Source: Mizuhopecten yessoensis (lineage: Eukaryota). Taken from it: 64,000 bases of DNA. Position numbers and translations under genes: made by a program. Below are positions 1 to 13,000 of the stretch, piece after piece (position 1 is the stretch's first letter; each line of letters begins with the position of its first letter). Below the pieces are notes generated by a model that was not told where the DNA came from, made no database searches, and worked only from the letters and a program-made list of their open reading frames with translations. Location: positions 1 to 64,000 of the forward strand of contig NW_018479948.1 of NCBI RefSeq assembly GCF_002113885.1, written 5' to 3'.

Positions 1-2282
1 TCTTCTCCAATAACTTATTAGTCTTAACTACTCTCATTACTAATTAGTCTTAACTACTCTCATAACGAGTGTCTTATCTACTCCATTAACTAATTGTCTT
101 AACTACTCTCATAACTAATTAGTCTTAACTACTCTCATAACTAGTGACTTATCTTCTGCAATAACTAATTAGTCTTAACTACTCTCATAACTAGTGACTT
201 ATCTTCTCCAATAACTTATTAGTCTTAACTACTCTCATNNNNNNNNNNNNNNNNNNNNNNNNNNNNNNNNNNNNNNNNNNNNNNNNNNNNNNNNNNNNNN
301 NNNNNNNNNNNNNNNNNNNNNNNNNNNNNNNNNNNNNNNNNNNNNNNNNATTAGTCTTAACTACTCACATAACTTGTGACTGATCTTCTCGAATAACTAA
401 TTCGTCTGAACTACTCTCATAACTAGTGACTTATCTACTCCATTAACTAATTAGTCTTAACTAATCTCATAACTAATTGTCTTAACTACTCTCATAACTA
501 ATGACTTATCTACTACCATAATTAATTGTCTTAACTACTCTCATAACTAATTGCTTAACTCTTCTCACAATTAATTAGTCTTAACTACTCTCATAACTAA
601 TTAGTCTTAACTACTCACATAACTTGTGACTGATCTTCTCCAATAACTAATTCGTCTGAACTACTCTCATAACTAGTGACTTATCTACTCCATTAACTAA
701 TTAGTCTTAACTACTCTCATAACTAGTGACTTATCTACTCCCATAACTAATTAGTCTTCACTACTCTCATAACTAACTGTCTTAACTAATCTCATAAAAA
801 GTGACTGAACTACTTCCATAACTAATTCGGTTTCAATACTCTCATAACTAATTAGTCTNTTAATTAGTCTTAACTAATCTCATAACTCATTAGTCTTAAC
901 TACTCTCATAACTAATTGTCTTAACTTCTCCCATAACTAATTAGTTTGAATTACTCTCATAACTAGTGACTTATCTACTCCACTAATTAATTAGTCTTAA
1001 CTAATCTCATACCTCATTAGTCTTAACTACTCTCATAACTAATGGTCTTAACTTCTCTCATAACTTGGACTTATCTACTCCCATAATTAATTAGTCTTCA
1101 CTACTCTAATAACTATTTATTGTCTTAACTACTCTCATAAATAGTGACTTATCTACTCCCATTACTAATTATTCTTAACTACTCTCATAACTAATCGTCT
1201 TGACTAATCTCATAAATAGTGACTTATCTTCTCCCATTACTAATTATTCTTAACTACTCTCATAACTAATTGTCTTAACTTCTCCCATAACTAATTAGTT
1301 TGAATTACTCTCATAACTAGTGACTTATCTACTCCCATAACTAATTAGTCTTAACTCCTCTCATAACTAATTGTCTTAACTACTCTCATAAATAGTGACT
1401 TATCTACTCCCATAACGAGTGACTTATCTTCTCCCAAAACTGATTGTCTAAACTTCTCTCATAACTAGTGTCTTAACTACTCTCATAACTAGTGACCTAT
1501 CTACTCCCATAATTAATTAGTCTTCACTACTCTAATAACTATTTATTGTCTTAACTACTCTCATAAATAGTGACTTATCTACTCTCATAAATAGTGACTT
1601 ATCTACTCTCATAAATAGTGACTTATCTACTCCCATTACTAATTATTCTTAACTACTCTCATAACTAATTGTCTTAGCTACTCTCATAACTAGTGACTTA
1701 TCTACTCCCATAACTAATTAGTCTTAACTCCTCTCATAACTAATTGTCTTAACTACTCTCAGAACTAGTTTATTATCTACTCCCATAATTAATTAGTCTT
1801 CACTACTCTAATAACTATTTATTGTCTTAACTACTCTCATAAATAGTGACTTATCTACTCTCATAAATAGTGCTAATTAGTCTTAACTAATCTCATAACT
1901 CATTAGTCTTAACTACTCTCATAACTAATGGTCTTAACTTCTCTCATAACTTGGACTTATCTACTCCCATAATTAATTAGTCTTCACTACTCTCATAACT
2001 AATTGTCTTAACTTCTCCCATAACTAATTAGTTTGAATTACTCTCATAACTAGTGACTTATCTACTCCCATAATTAATTAGTCTTCACTACTCTCATAAC
2101 TAGATGTCTTAACTAGTCTCATAACTAGTGACTTATCTACTCCCATAACTAATTAGTCTTAACTTCTCTCATAACTAATTGTCTTAACTACTCTCATAAC
2201 TAGTGACTTATCTACTCCATTAACTAATTAGTCTTAACTAATCTCATAACTCATTAGTCTTAATTACTCTCATAACTAGTGA
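1..2282. repeat. AT-rich satellite of 24-26 bp variants (actaattagtcttaactactctcata / actagtgacttatctactcccata), containing assembly gaps
   Basis: The tandem units are directly visible. There is an N-run at 239-349 and a single N at 859. The array runs off the window start. Confidence 0.95.
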
Positions 2283-3008
2283 CAAATAAATGTTTTGACA
2301 TCTTCAGATCAAGTTTTATTCGAAAGTGTTGCAATTAAATATAACACGTAAGATTTAAATTTTCATTCGGTTATTAAACAAATGACTGACGTGTTTATGT
2401 GTTTAAATTGAATGATCCTCATCAGTACTGTAGCTGGGGTTCTAACGTCATTGACTTACAGTCTGTACGATTTCAGTAAGTCCCTGCTATAGAACTACGT
2501 TGTCCTCCACAATAACAGCAAATGTCGCCATGATGACCATGACTATGAGTACCTTCATATGTTATTATTTATAAAGGAGTCAACATGAAAAGGTTGCGCA
2601 CAATGTACCAAATGTTAAAGCTATCATGTCAAAGTTTGTGGTGTCTGTAACCGATTAGCGTTCATACCGGCATGAACATCAAAAAATGCCGTTAAATCCT
2701 TGTAATTACATTCTAAACTTTTACTTACTATTGACCTAAATACAGACATTCTCGATATTGATGCGTTTATGTCGTCAGTGCAAACGAGATTCCTGGAGCA
2801 GCCTAACGTCATAAAAGAGGAAGTTGCAGTGGAAATGTAAATATATTTATCGTAAATGACGGCACGTTAGAGTCACTGTACATCTCTGCTAGTTGACGTC
2901 ACATTTGAGTAACCGTATAAATATTACATGATGTCACATTAAATGTCATCTCCAATTTACATGTACAATGAAGACATGTCGATTTGAATTGCCGAAAATC
3001 TTCAACAC

Positions 3009-5406
3009 TTAATATTTTTGTTTATAATCGTCCTCATCGTCTTCATCGTCTTCATCGTCCTCATCGTCCTCATCGTCCTCATCCTCGTCATATTCGTCTT
3101 CATCCTCGTCGTCTTCCTCCAGGATGTTCGTCTGACGGCTTTCCGCTTTCACACTCCGGCGACTCGGTAGAGTACTTTGACGATTTCCGGACTGGAGCGA
3201 CAATCGACTTCCGGAAGCTTTGGAGGAGCCACTATCGATGTGAGCATGCCATGAGCCAATGTTGGCTCTGAAGGCTGGCGTGATGTCATAGGAAACGACT
3301 TTTTTGGAAGCTACAGAAAAACAAGTCAAGAAAGATAACTCCTGTAATATTACGAAATTAACATTAAGTCTACCAGAGTTCTTTCGCTTGGTATGGGCTT
3401 GTTGAGTTTATTGCGTCAGACTCTGGTAAATTCAGAACTCCGATATACTCAATGCATTAATTTCAAATTTAAGCCTCGATTCCTGTGACTTATATAGATT
3501 GTTGTGATATACATGTTGTAAATACATCACAGACAAACATCTAGGTGTAGCCAGTGCCGTATGCTAGAGATGGCATGTTAGTATAAGGATCGGATGCCGC
3601 TTTAAAGTGCTTACTGAATTACCATGCAAAAGGCATCAAGCACGCATTCACCTCGGTTACATTATCTGAACATCAGGTTTACCATCTGTAACGATTACCT
3701 CACTTGAGCGAGCGTTCATAATCAACGCTAAGACAAAAAGCAAGGTAACGCCACGTTAGGACACGAAAAAGGTCTTTAAAAAGAAGAGCAACATAGATTT
3801 TACAGATGTTGTAATGGGCAAAGCAGATTTATTTTGGTTGCTTTGTTCCCTAAAGTAAACGACAAAAAAAGACTCAAATTATGCAGGAGTCCATTAGTGG
3901 TTGTCTCTTACGAATCGGGCAATGGGTAGCAGCCGGTACATTCTTTCCTATATCTCCGATCTGTAGGGATAATTTACTTTAATGAAGCAATAGTCTTGAC
4001 CGGTTTTAATTATCAATCACAAAATATATTTTTTCAGTGTACGGCTTCAACGACTTTACCAAAAGCTTTGTCTTTTTACGTGAAAGTTATACTTTACAAA
4101 CGAACTTACCCGGGTCGTACATCCGGCCCTGGAAACGTCGTACTGTGTCGATCTTTTTCTTTATCCGGAATCTGTCCTTGCGCGAGTTCCTACTATCCAA
4201 ACGACTTTCGGACCCTGCGTATGACGAGGCGGTCTGGCGACCCTGTGCCGACATGAAGGGGCTCTCAGGCAGAGGGGGCAGGGAATAGGGGACAGAACGT
4301 TGGGACATCGGTGTTGATCTTTCCCTTGAAGGGGGCGGGGAGTATCCTATTTGGGGCAATGGTATAATGGCTCTTATACCACTTGGTTTAGCCATAGCTT
4401 CCTCCAACGCTCTCTGCCGTTCAAGCTCTTCTTCGTCCTCTTCCTCCTCCTCATCGTCATAATCATCATCTTCATCGGATTCTCTTCCCCATCGTCCATC
4501 GAATTGTTCATCACCATGATATGTGTAATCGTCGTCATCCTCGTCCTCTTCTTCTTGTTGAGTGTTATCATCGTCGTCATCGTCGTCGTCATCATCTTCA
4601 TCTGCCTCTTCCTCTTCTTCTACATACTCACCTCCTAGAAATTCCGGATTTGGATATCCCTTTACAAAGTTAGTTTTAGGAGGAGCTTGGCTCCGTTTTC
4701 TGCGTTTAGGTTCCTCCATAAATTCGTTCCAGTTAAAGTCAAATTTGTACACACCGGCATGCGCCTCACCTTGAACTCCGTTATGTTTGCACTCGATTTT
4801 TTCATACACCATAGAAGGAATGTTTTTATTGCTTTTCTTTGGAAAACAATGACACGGTTCAGGGCCGTCCATAAGTTCAACCCGAGGGCCGGAAACCTTT
4901 TTCGCCCCTGGCCTAGTCGCCGGATCATACTCTGGGTAAAAATCCTCAATATAAGCACTTTTTTCGTCTTCGTCGCTGTCTTCCTTCTCCTCTTCTTCGG
5001 TTCCGTATTCCCTTTCGTCGTCTTCCTCTCCTTCCTCGTATTCATCATCATCGTATTGTGACCCATAGCTCTTCGCCTCAGACTCGTCTGCCTGGCTAGG
5101 TGTATGACGGAACACAATTTGGTTTGAAAGTCTACTTTGCACAAGGTGGTTAGTCTTCGTTGTTCCCGCAGTTTGTCTACTCGTCTCTCGTCCTGTCCGT
5201 CTGCTAGCAGCCTGGGACCCTTTCTTACTCATCCGAGTCTGCTGATATCTTGAGTCCTCACCTGGTTGATATCCACTCGTCATTTGTTGACTCCGAGTCT
5301 TCTCTGACCTCTTTGACCCTTGACGCGCCGACAATTTTGTGTCATTTCTCGTTGATCTCGCTGCACCGGTAACACGTGTTGTGGTGCCTTGTTGGCGTGA
5401 CGTCAT
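3009..5406 (-). CDS. Two-exon gene for an uncharacterised ~532-aa protein: Asp/Glu-rich and S/R/Q/T-rich, probably disordered
   Basis: Exon 1 is 5406-4110 (ATG ... MYDP G|GTAAGT, phase 1). Exon 2 is 3310-3009 (pyrimidine tract tttcttgacttgtttttctgtag|CT, phase 1, continuing ASKKVVSYD...DDYKQKY*). Total 1599 nt, in frame. This joins the ORF-track entries 4087..5406 and 3009..3329. Confidence 0.75.
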
Positions 5407-6759
5407 ATTTCTTTTTTATGTTTATCACGTGTTTTGGCACAATGCTTTTGTTACGTCATTTTTAGTGAAATCAATGACTTTTTTTGTGATAACGCTTACA
5501 TCTGAGTTAGGACACAGACTCTCGCAGTTCGACCGTTTTTCCTGTACGATATTCGTGAAGGTTCTTACAAATGTATCCATAACGATAATGGTTTACCGTG
5601 CTTCTAAATTCAAATCGGTTTAGATAATGAAAAATAAGCATTCCTCTTCTAGAACAGCACATAGCTTTGTAATCCAGAATGAAGTCCACATCGTGTAGCG
5701 ATATTCCCGATAAACTTCCCTGTTTCAATAACACGCTATGGCGTCAGATCGTGTAGGCTATACCTTCTATATTAATTAAATAGGTTAACAACACTCGCAG
5801 CATGTGCGAAAACTTCCTTACACTGGGTTTGGCGATTTCGAATCATCAACTCTTGTTGTGTCGTGTAAAGTCACCTCCAATATCCCGACTCATTCAAAAT
5901 TATTCACAATCGCTCGTTTCACTTTTAAATAAGAACATGTTTCCAAATGTCTCTGCTGTATACATTTACAATCAACACTGCACACATATACAACAACACA
6001 GAGTCAGAGATTAAGCGGATTATCAGTAAATCTCAGCGTCGCAATAAACGTGTATGTGACCGTCGGATTAACTACACAGACTGAGCGAATGGTCGCGTAA
6101 CCTCACAAGGTCAATACACGGCTAACCCTTTAATATAAAAATACACAATATCAAGAGAATGTTATTGTCTTAATTAGACAACACGGTCCAAAACATGAGT
6201 AACCGATATATTTGCTAGATTCAGTGATTAGTAACCGAGTCCCTCATGTGTAAAAACAATGCTAGCCTAGTATACGCAATTACTGATGAAAGAATGCGTC
6301 GCCCCTAAATCTGATATTTGCCGAGACCTATAGTCGAGTTGCATATTACGTGAAATAAGAAATGAACGAGATTTATGTTTGAATATAATTATGACAGAAC
6401 ACCAACATCTCAAGGACGTGTTTGGAGTTTCTGGAGTTTGGTGGTCGGTTGGCGCAGGTTAAAGCGCACTTGCCGGTTAGAGTCTAACCGGATATCAGAC
6501 AATGGATTATAATAAAAGTTTAATCAGAATAGAGTAAGGACAAGAATATCCGGAAGTTTATTTTTTTATATCAAAATGTGAATTTATACTTATTTGTTAA
6601 TATATATGTAAGACGAATACTGATACTTGATAGAATATTTTGAACAGTATGTACATTATTTAAAGGCGATTATTGACGCCCATGAACATTGTATGTATAT
6701 TTATATATATGTTTATGTCATACAATTTTGAAAATAAAATAAAAAAAAAACGATAAAAA

Positions 6760-6950
6760 GCGCACTTCCCTCTCACCATGGCGGCCAGGGTTCGATTTCT
6801 GGATCGGACGTGAAAAAGGTATGGGGTCACCTGCCCGGCCACCTGGGTTTTCTCCGGGTAATCCGGTTTCCTCCAACATTAATATCCCCCGCGCGCTATT
6901 ATTAGTGCCAATAACAGTGATAAATATAATCCTAAATAACTTGTTTCATA
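6760..6950 (+). mobile_element. tRNA-derived SINE with V-domain-like core (5'-truncated)
   Basis: A B-box-like ggttcgattt is followed by gggttttctccgggtaatccggtttcctcc, which matches the V-SINE core motif. A related copy lies at 55789-55990. Confidence 0.7.
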
Positions 6951-7424
6951 TATTATATGTATGGAAGTTTCTGTCATTTTTCTAGTATTTCATATCACAA
7001 TTTAACAAAGAACAGACTGGCTTTGTTTTTAGTTACGAACAAGTTATGTTATAGGTATGTTATATTTATGGGACCATGCTGAAACGCCAACTCAGCCGAG
7101 GTATTCTTACACTTAGTTTGATCAAAATCATTTGTACAAAATTTGAACAAACTCTATCAATAAACGACGTCGTTACAGTAGACACTGAGCTAGCAACACC
7201 TAAATACGTCACTTAAGAATGAAGTTACTAGTCCAATGACATTAATTCGGGACGCAAAGTGACAACGAAGTAATCGTTTACACTGTATTCTTCGATAAAA
7301 TTGTTAGGCATAACAACCATACGTGAAGGAACAGAGAAATCAGAACAGAGTGGAAGTGGTCCCGGTGAACGGCAGAGTCAGCAGCGAAATCGGAACCTAT
7401 ATCATAATTAGAGGTGGTGAGCAG

Positions 7425-8258
7425 CAGACACCTCTGATGGGAGGAGTGATAACACACCTCTGATGGGAGGAGTGATCAGACACCTCTGATGGGAGGAGTG
7501 ATAACATACCTCTGATGGAAGGAGTGATAAGACACCTCTGATGGGAGGAGTGATAACACACCTCTGATGGGAGAAGTGATAACACACCTCTGATGGGAGG
7601 AGCGATAAGACACCTCTAATGGGAGGAGTGATAACACACCTCTGATGGGGGGAGTGATAAGACACCTCTGATGGGGGGAGTGATAACATACCTCTGATGG
7701 GAGGAGTGATAAGACACCTCTGATGGGGGGAGTGATAACATACCTCTGATGGGAGGAGTGATAACACACCTCTGATGGGAGGAGTGATAACACACCTCTG
7801 ATGGGAGGAGTGATAACACACCTCTGATGGGAGGAATAATAACACACCTCTGATGGGAGGAGCGATCAGACACCTCTGATGGGAAGAGTGATAACATACC
7901 TCTGATGGAAGGAGTGATAAGACACCTCTGATTGGAGGAGCGATAACACACCTCTGATGGGAAGAGTGATAACACACCTCTGATGGGAGGAGTGATAAGA
8001 CACCTCTGATGGGAAGAGTGATAACACACCTCTGATGGGAGGAGTGATTACACACCTCTGATGGGAGGAGTGATAACACACCTCTGATGGGAGGAGTGAT
8101 AACACACCTCTGATGGGAGGAGCGATCAGACACCTCTGATGGGATGAGTGATAAGACACCTCTGATGGGAGGAGCGATCAGACACCTCTAATGGGAGGAG
8201 CGATCAGACACCTCTGATAGGAGAAGCGATCAGACACCTCTGATGGGAGGAGTGATCA
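7425..8258. repeat. 26-bp minisatellite (acacctctgatgggaggagtgataac), about 32 copies
   Basis: Tandem units are directly visible and explain the repetitive ORFs at 7397-8159. Confidence 0.95.
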
Positions 8259-8845
8259 AGATGATGTTCGGGAGATTAAAAGACATCAAGCAAAAGGTTA
8301 CTGTAAAATTATAAGTATTTTCTGCGGGGTATATTCATAATGTAAGTATTATACATGTAGTCCCAGTTCTTCCTAAGATTAGAATATTATATGTTAAGAT
8401 GCCATTAAACCTCGGCAGGTTCCCAGTGTCTGCGCCTCATAAGAACAGTATTAACTGATAAGAGGCTTGGTCGTTATTTCCCCTCTTCGATAATGTTCCT
8501 GACGGGCCCTTCTCACCACTTCCTTTATCAACCGTATATGGTTACTTATAGAGTAGATATTTTTAGATATGAGACTATTTTCACTATGTATAAATTGAAA
8601 ACAAGCTAAATGTACGCATTAATCTTGTTTTTGACACTCAATCCCACACGGTGAGTGCATGGGTAATAGCGTGTTTGGGTCTTAGATATATTCTCGTTTT
8701 GAAGATTGTTCTGGGATATTCGAAATGCAGTTGCAGTTTTTGACGGGATGTACTAGAGAAAACATGATATACATATGGTAAACAAGTATTCATTTCTCAC
8801 CGGCAGAGTTATTGGTAGCAATATGGATATAGTTGTTTTTTCAAT

Positions 8846-8945
8846 TTTAGACCGGACAATGAGAATTTCTTTATTTTAGACCGGACATTGAGAATTTCTT
8901 TATTTAAGACCGGACATTAATCATTTATTTTTTACCGGACTTTGA
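8846..8945. repeat. Short ~29-bp tandem repeat (agaccggacattgagaatttctttatttt), 3-4 degenerate copies
   Basis: Recurring accggaca motif at about 29-bp spacing. Confidence 0.7.
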
Positions 8946-9607
8946 GAAGATCAACTTTTGTTCATATATGTAAAAACAATTATAAAGACTGGTCGCTAGG
9001 TTTTCTGCCTCCTTGGGCTGCTATATAGATCTCTGTGGAAGTGATGCATTGTCATGAGCATGACCATGGAAATCATTTCTTAAAACTGACATTTGACTTG
9101 TTGTTTGGATATTTATGGTCATTTTTATTTAAGTAAATTTCGAAACCGAACTTGGATATCTCACATGTGGGTAAAACAAACTCATTGCAGGCTTACATGG
9201 AAATAAAGTATAATTTAAATGTGTAAGAAATATAACAAACACAACAAATAACTCTACATCTTATAATTTTGCTTTGGTGACCTCATTAAGAAAACATAAA
9301 CACATTCAGAAAATAACATATTTTTCAATATTGTTCACTCAGCAATTGGAACAACAATAATACTTATTTTAGAAATTCACCAATCATGTTTTGATTTTTG
9401 AAAATCCTGATAAGTCGACTTTCAGCTACTCTGCTTGATCAGCCTATTAAGTCTTACCTTGGAGGAGCCAGTATGTTTTACAAACACACCCCATCAACGC
9501 TCTCTTACACTGGTTCAACAGCATCATTATCTTTAACACTTTTACACTTCTCACATATACAATATATTAACGAGAATAACAAGCATGAAATGATGTGAAA
9601 ATTTCTC

Positions 9608-9788
9608 TTATATAATCTCCCACCTCAACTGGAGGCTCTGATCTTATATAATCCCCCCCTCAGCTGCAGGCTCTGATGTTATATAATCCCCCACCTCAGC
9701 TGGAGGCTCTGATGTTATATAATCCCCCACCTCAGCTGGAGGCTCTGATGTTATATAATCCCCCACCTCAGCTGGAGGCTCTGATGTT
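9608..9788. repeat. ~36-bp tandem repeat (ttatataatcccccacctcagctggaggctctgatg), 5 copies, just downstream of the INO80B stop codon
   Basis: Directly visible. Confidence 0.9.
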
Positions 9789-10066
9789 CAAGTGCTTGTG
9801 ACTATATATTTTTTTATACTATATCTTCTCCGCTGGCGGCCCTCACACAACCATCACAATCACGAGAATTGGTTCATTCTTTTCATCAGGTAACAGAATT
9901 TCCAATTGAGGTCTTGACACTCCGCAGATTTCATTTTTCCATCAAACATGTAATATCCTCTCTGCCAGCAGCCGTCACAAAATAATCTCAGTCAGAGGTT
10001 CTAACGCTGCTGTGAGCAGTCTTGGTACTCTGAACAGTATTCACAGTTCTTCAGTGTATCTTCCTT

Positions 10067-13000
10067 TCAGCTAGCTGCCCGGACACTGGGGAGATTGTGA
10101 AGCAGGCTGTTTTTCTTATAACACCCAAGACTACACAGAGGAACACCAGTCCGAGAACAGGCGTACTTCTTTACATTCTTACACCCTGATATACTGCAGT
10201 ATTCCTTCGCTTTCGGTGGTCTGAAATATTAAAGATTTAATTTTATGAAACAAGATTTCACTTGCTGTCTACTTGTGTCTAAGTGATACCTACAGAAAGC
10301 TGATAGTGGCTAGAGTGATTAACTGAATTTTCCTTGTGGATTCACCGTTAGTCATTGGTAGTCAAAAATATTCTAGGTAACATATTACCGTACTAAAATT
10401 GCATTAATTGAGTTTGAGGAAGAGCAAGAATGATTGAATTCAGATGCCTTCCTAAGTCAGAAATGAGGGAGTAAAATAGGGTGTCTATCACCAAAATATT
10501 TTACCATGTAAAGACTCACTTGATTACAGAAACAATGTCTGGTATTAAATTTGCCACAAGACTGGCAAACAGAATTAAGGCAGGTGATGCAAAGTCAAAT
10601 CAGAGAAAATGAAAGGGTCAAATTCACTTGCAGCAAGAGAGATCAGTGAGCCATGGTCAGTTATCTCCCCTTGTCAGTTAGACAAATTACCTCCCCTGTC
10701 TGTAGGACCTTGTTATACATGGTCAGTTATCTCCCCTTGTCAGTTAGACAAATTACCTCCCCTGTCTGTAGGACCTTGTTAAACATGGTTAGTTATCTCC
10801 CCTTGTCAATTAGACAAATTACCTCCCCTGTCTGTAGGACCGTGTTAAACATGGTTAGTTATCTCCCCTTGTCAGTTAGACAAATTACCTCCCCTGTCTG
10901 TAGGACCTTGTTAAACATGGTAAGGTACATGTGCATGATGTTAGAATTGATAATCATTTTACTTAAATACCTGGTAGTTTGGGCAGTGAAGGGGAGCTGA
11001 AATCCTACTGGCACTGAGATTGTTATCCTGGACTGGTTGTTTGTATACCGGAACCTTGGGATGTTGGCCCTTTTAAATCCTTTCCCCTGTAAACAGGATC
11101 AATCACACTGGTGTTTAGTTACAAGGCAGAAAAAAGCGAAAAGAACAGGTTTAAATTGATGCTGTGATCATATATAATGTAGCATCAACACAAAGGCCTC
11201 GATATGTTTTACTCGTAAAGACAGATGCCATGATTCGGCATGTGTCTGTATTAACACAAATAATTTTTTAATTGATACATTTAAGAATATAGAAGATATT
11301 CAAATATAAAATGTATGTATGCTAACCATATCAAAAGCAGAAATAATTCTTTTGTAGTCAATCATCATCTTCCATATATCATAAACATAAAATAACAAAA
11401 AGACATATGGACACGAACACTAATTCCAAACTACAAACTGCAGTGGAACACAACAAAATATACAGGTTCATTTATTTTGTTTATGAAGTTATAACCTACA
11501 GCCAAAAATTTAAAATACAATGTTGAAATGTCTTACTTTTTTCTTGGAGTCCTGTTTCTTCAGCAGTCGGTCTAGAGTCAGTTTCTGTAAAAGTACGATC
11601 AATGGAAACATTAGAGGTAGACCTGCCAAAGTCATTCATCAAGACCCTGCTGTCAAATTTCACTAACCTTAACATCATATCTATTAAATCAGATATTGAA
11701 AATAGCAATTATTATCGAAAGTCTTATGATGCTTTGAAAACAGTTGCAAAGTAATCAGATTTACATTTAGTATTTAAGATACAATTAACATGTTTTATAT
11801 TACTCCAGATGTTCCTTCTAAGTTAAAAAAAATGGAGGTTCATTCATGTTGTTAGGTTTTTACAATAAAGATAAATTAATCTTTGAAAACCTGAAAAAAT
11901 CTAAATAACATCCTAAGTGATAAAAGATGATAATTTTAAATTATGAAATTTTAACTCCTCTACTACTGTTGGCATGATTCAATTGTTCAGATGAAATATA
12001 ACCATTTTTCACATTAAAACATGTCCAGCCTGAGAGAAAAATCCCGACATCCTTTCAGAGATATGGAAATTTAGACAACTTCCCATATTTACTCTGTCGT
12101 ACCTTGTCCTTCTCCCGTTTTTCGTGAGCCTGTTGACGCCGTTTCTTAGCCCTCTGTACTCGTTTCAGCTGCTGTTCCTCTGTCAGCTCCACCTGTTTGT
12201 AGCCTGGAGAACACAAACATTTATACTCAAATTGCACATTATAATGTAGCCCAGAGAACAATACAACCAAGTTGTACTTAAACCATTGAACAAACAGAAT
12301 CATTGGTGATGTCTTACTTAAAAGTAGGTAAGAGGAGTAACTGTTAATATTTATGTAAGGGAATCCAGAGTAACTGTTAATATTATGTAAGGGGATCCAG
12401 AGTAACTGTTAATATTTATGTAAGGGGATCCAGAGTAACTGTTAATATTTATGTAAGGGGATCCGAGTAACTGAGAGATATAAGTAATGGGGTCATTATT
12501 GATGTTTTCATTTTGAGAAGCAAGCAAGGGGAATAACTGCTGATGGGTGTTTTTTCTGAGAGAAGTAAAATATTTGAAAGGGAAGCCACTGTTGATGTAA
12601 TACTAGTGAGAGATACATCGTAACATGTATTTAATGGGAGTTGGTGTTGATGTAATACTAGTGAGATATACCTCGTAACATGTATTTAATGGGATATGGT
12701 GTTGATGTAATACTAGTGAGATATACCTCGTAACATGTATTTAATGGGGGATGGTGTTGATGTAATTCTAGTGAGAGATACCTCGTAACATGTATGTAAT
12801 GGGAGATGGTGTTGATGTAATACTAGTGAGAGATACCTCGTAACATGTATTTAAGGGGAGATGGTGTTAATGTAATACTAGTGAGAGATACCTCATAACA
12901 TGTATTTAATGGGAGTTGGTGTTGATGTAATACTAGTGAGAGATACATCGTAACATTTATTTAAGGGGAGTTGGTGTTGAAGAGGTATTTCAGAGGAGTC

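Noticed and set aside
4351-5061. Hydrophobic plus-strand ORFs as membrane proteins
   Set aside because: They are antisense shadows of the GAA/GAT/GAC-rich acidic gene.
7397-8159. Repetitive ORFs (CYHSSHQRCVITPPIRGVLSLLPSEV)n
   Set aside because: The 26-bp unit is not a multiple of 3, so the same peptide cycles through all frames. This is a repeat artefact.
10653-11000. 115-aa repeat ORF
   Set aside because: It derives from the 66-bp intronic minisatellite, antisense to INO80B.
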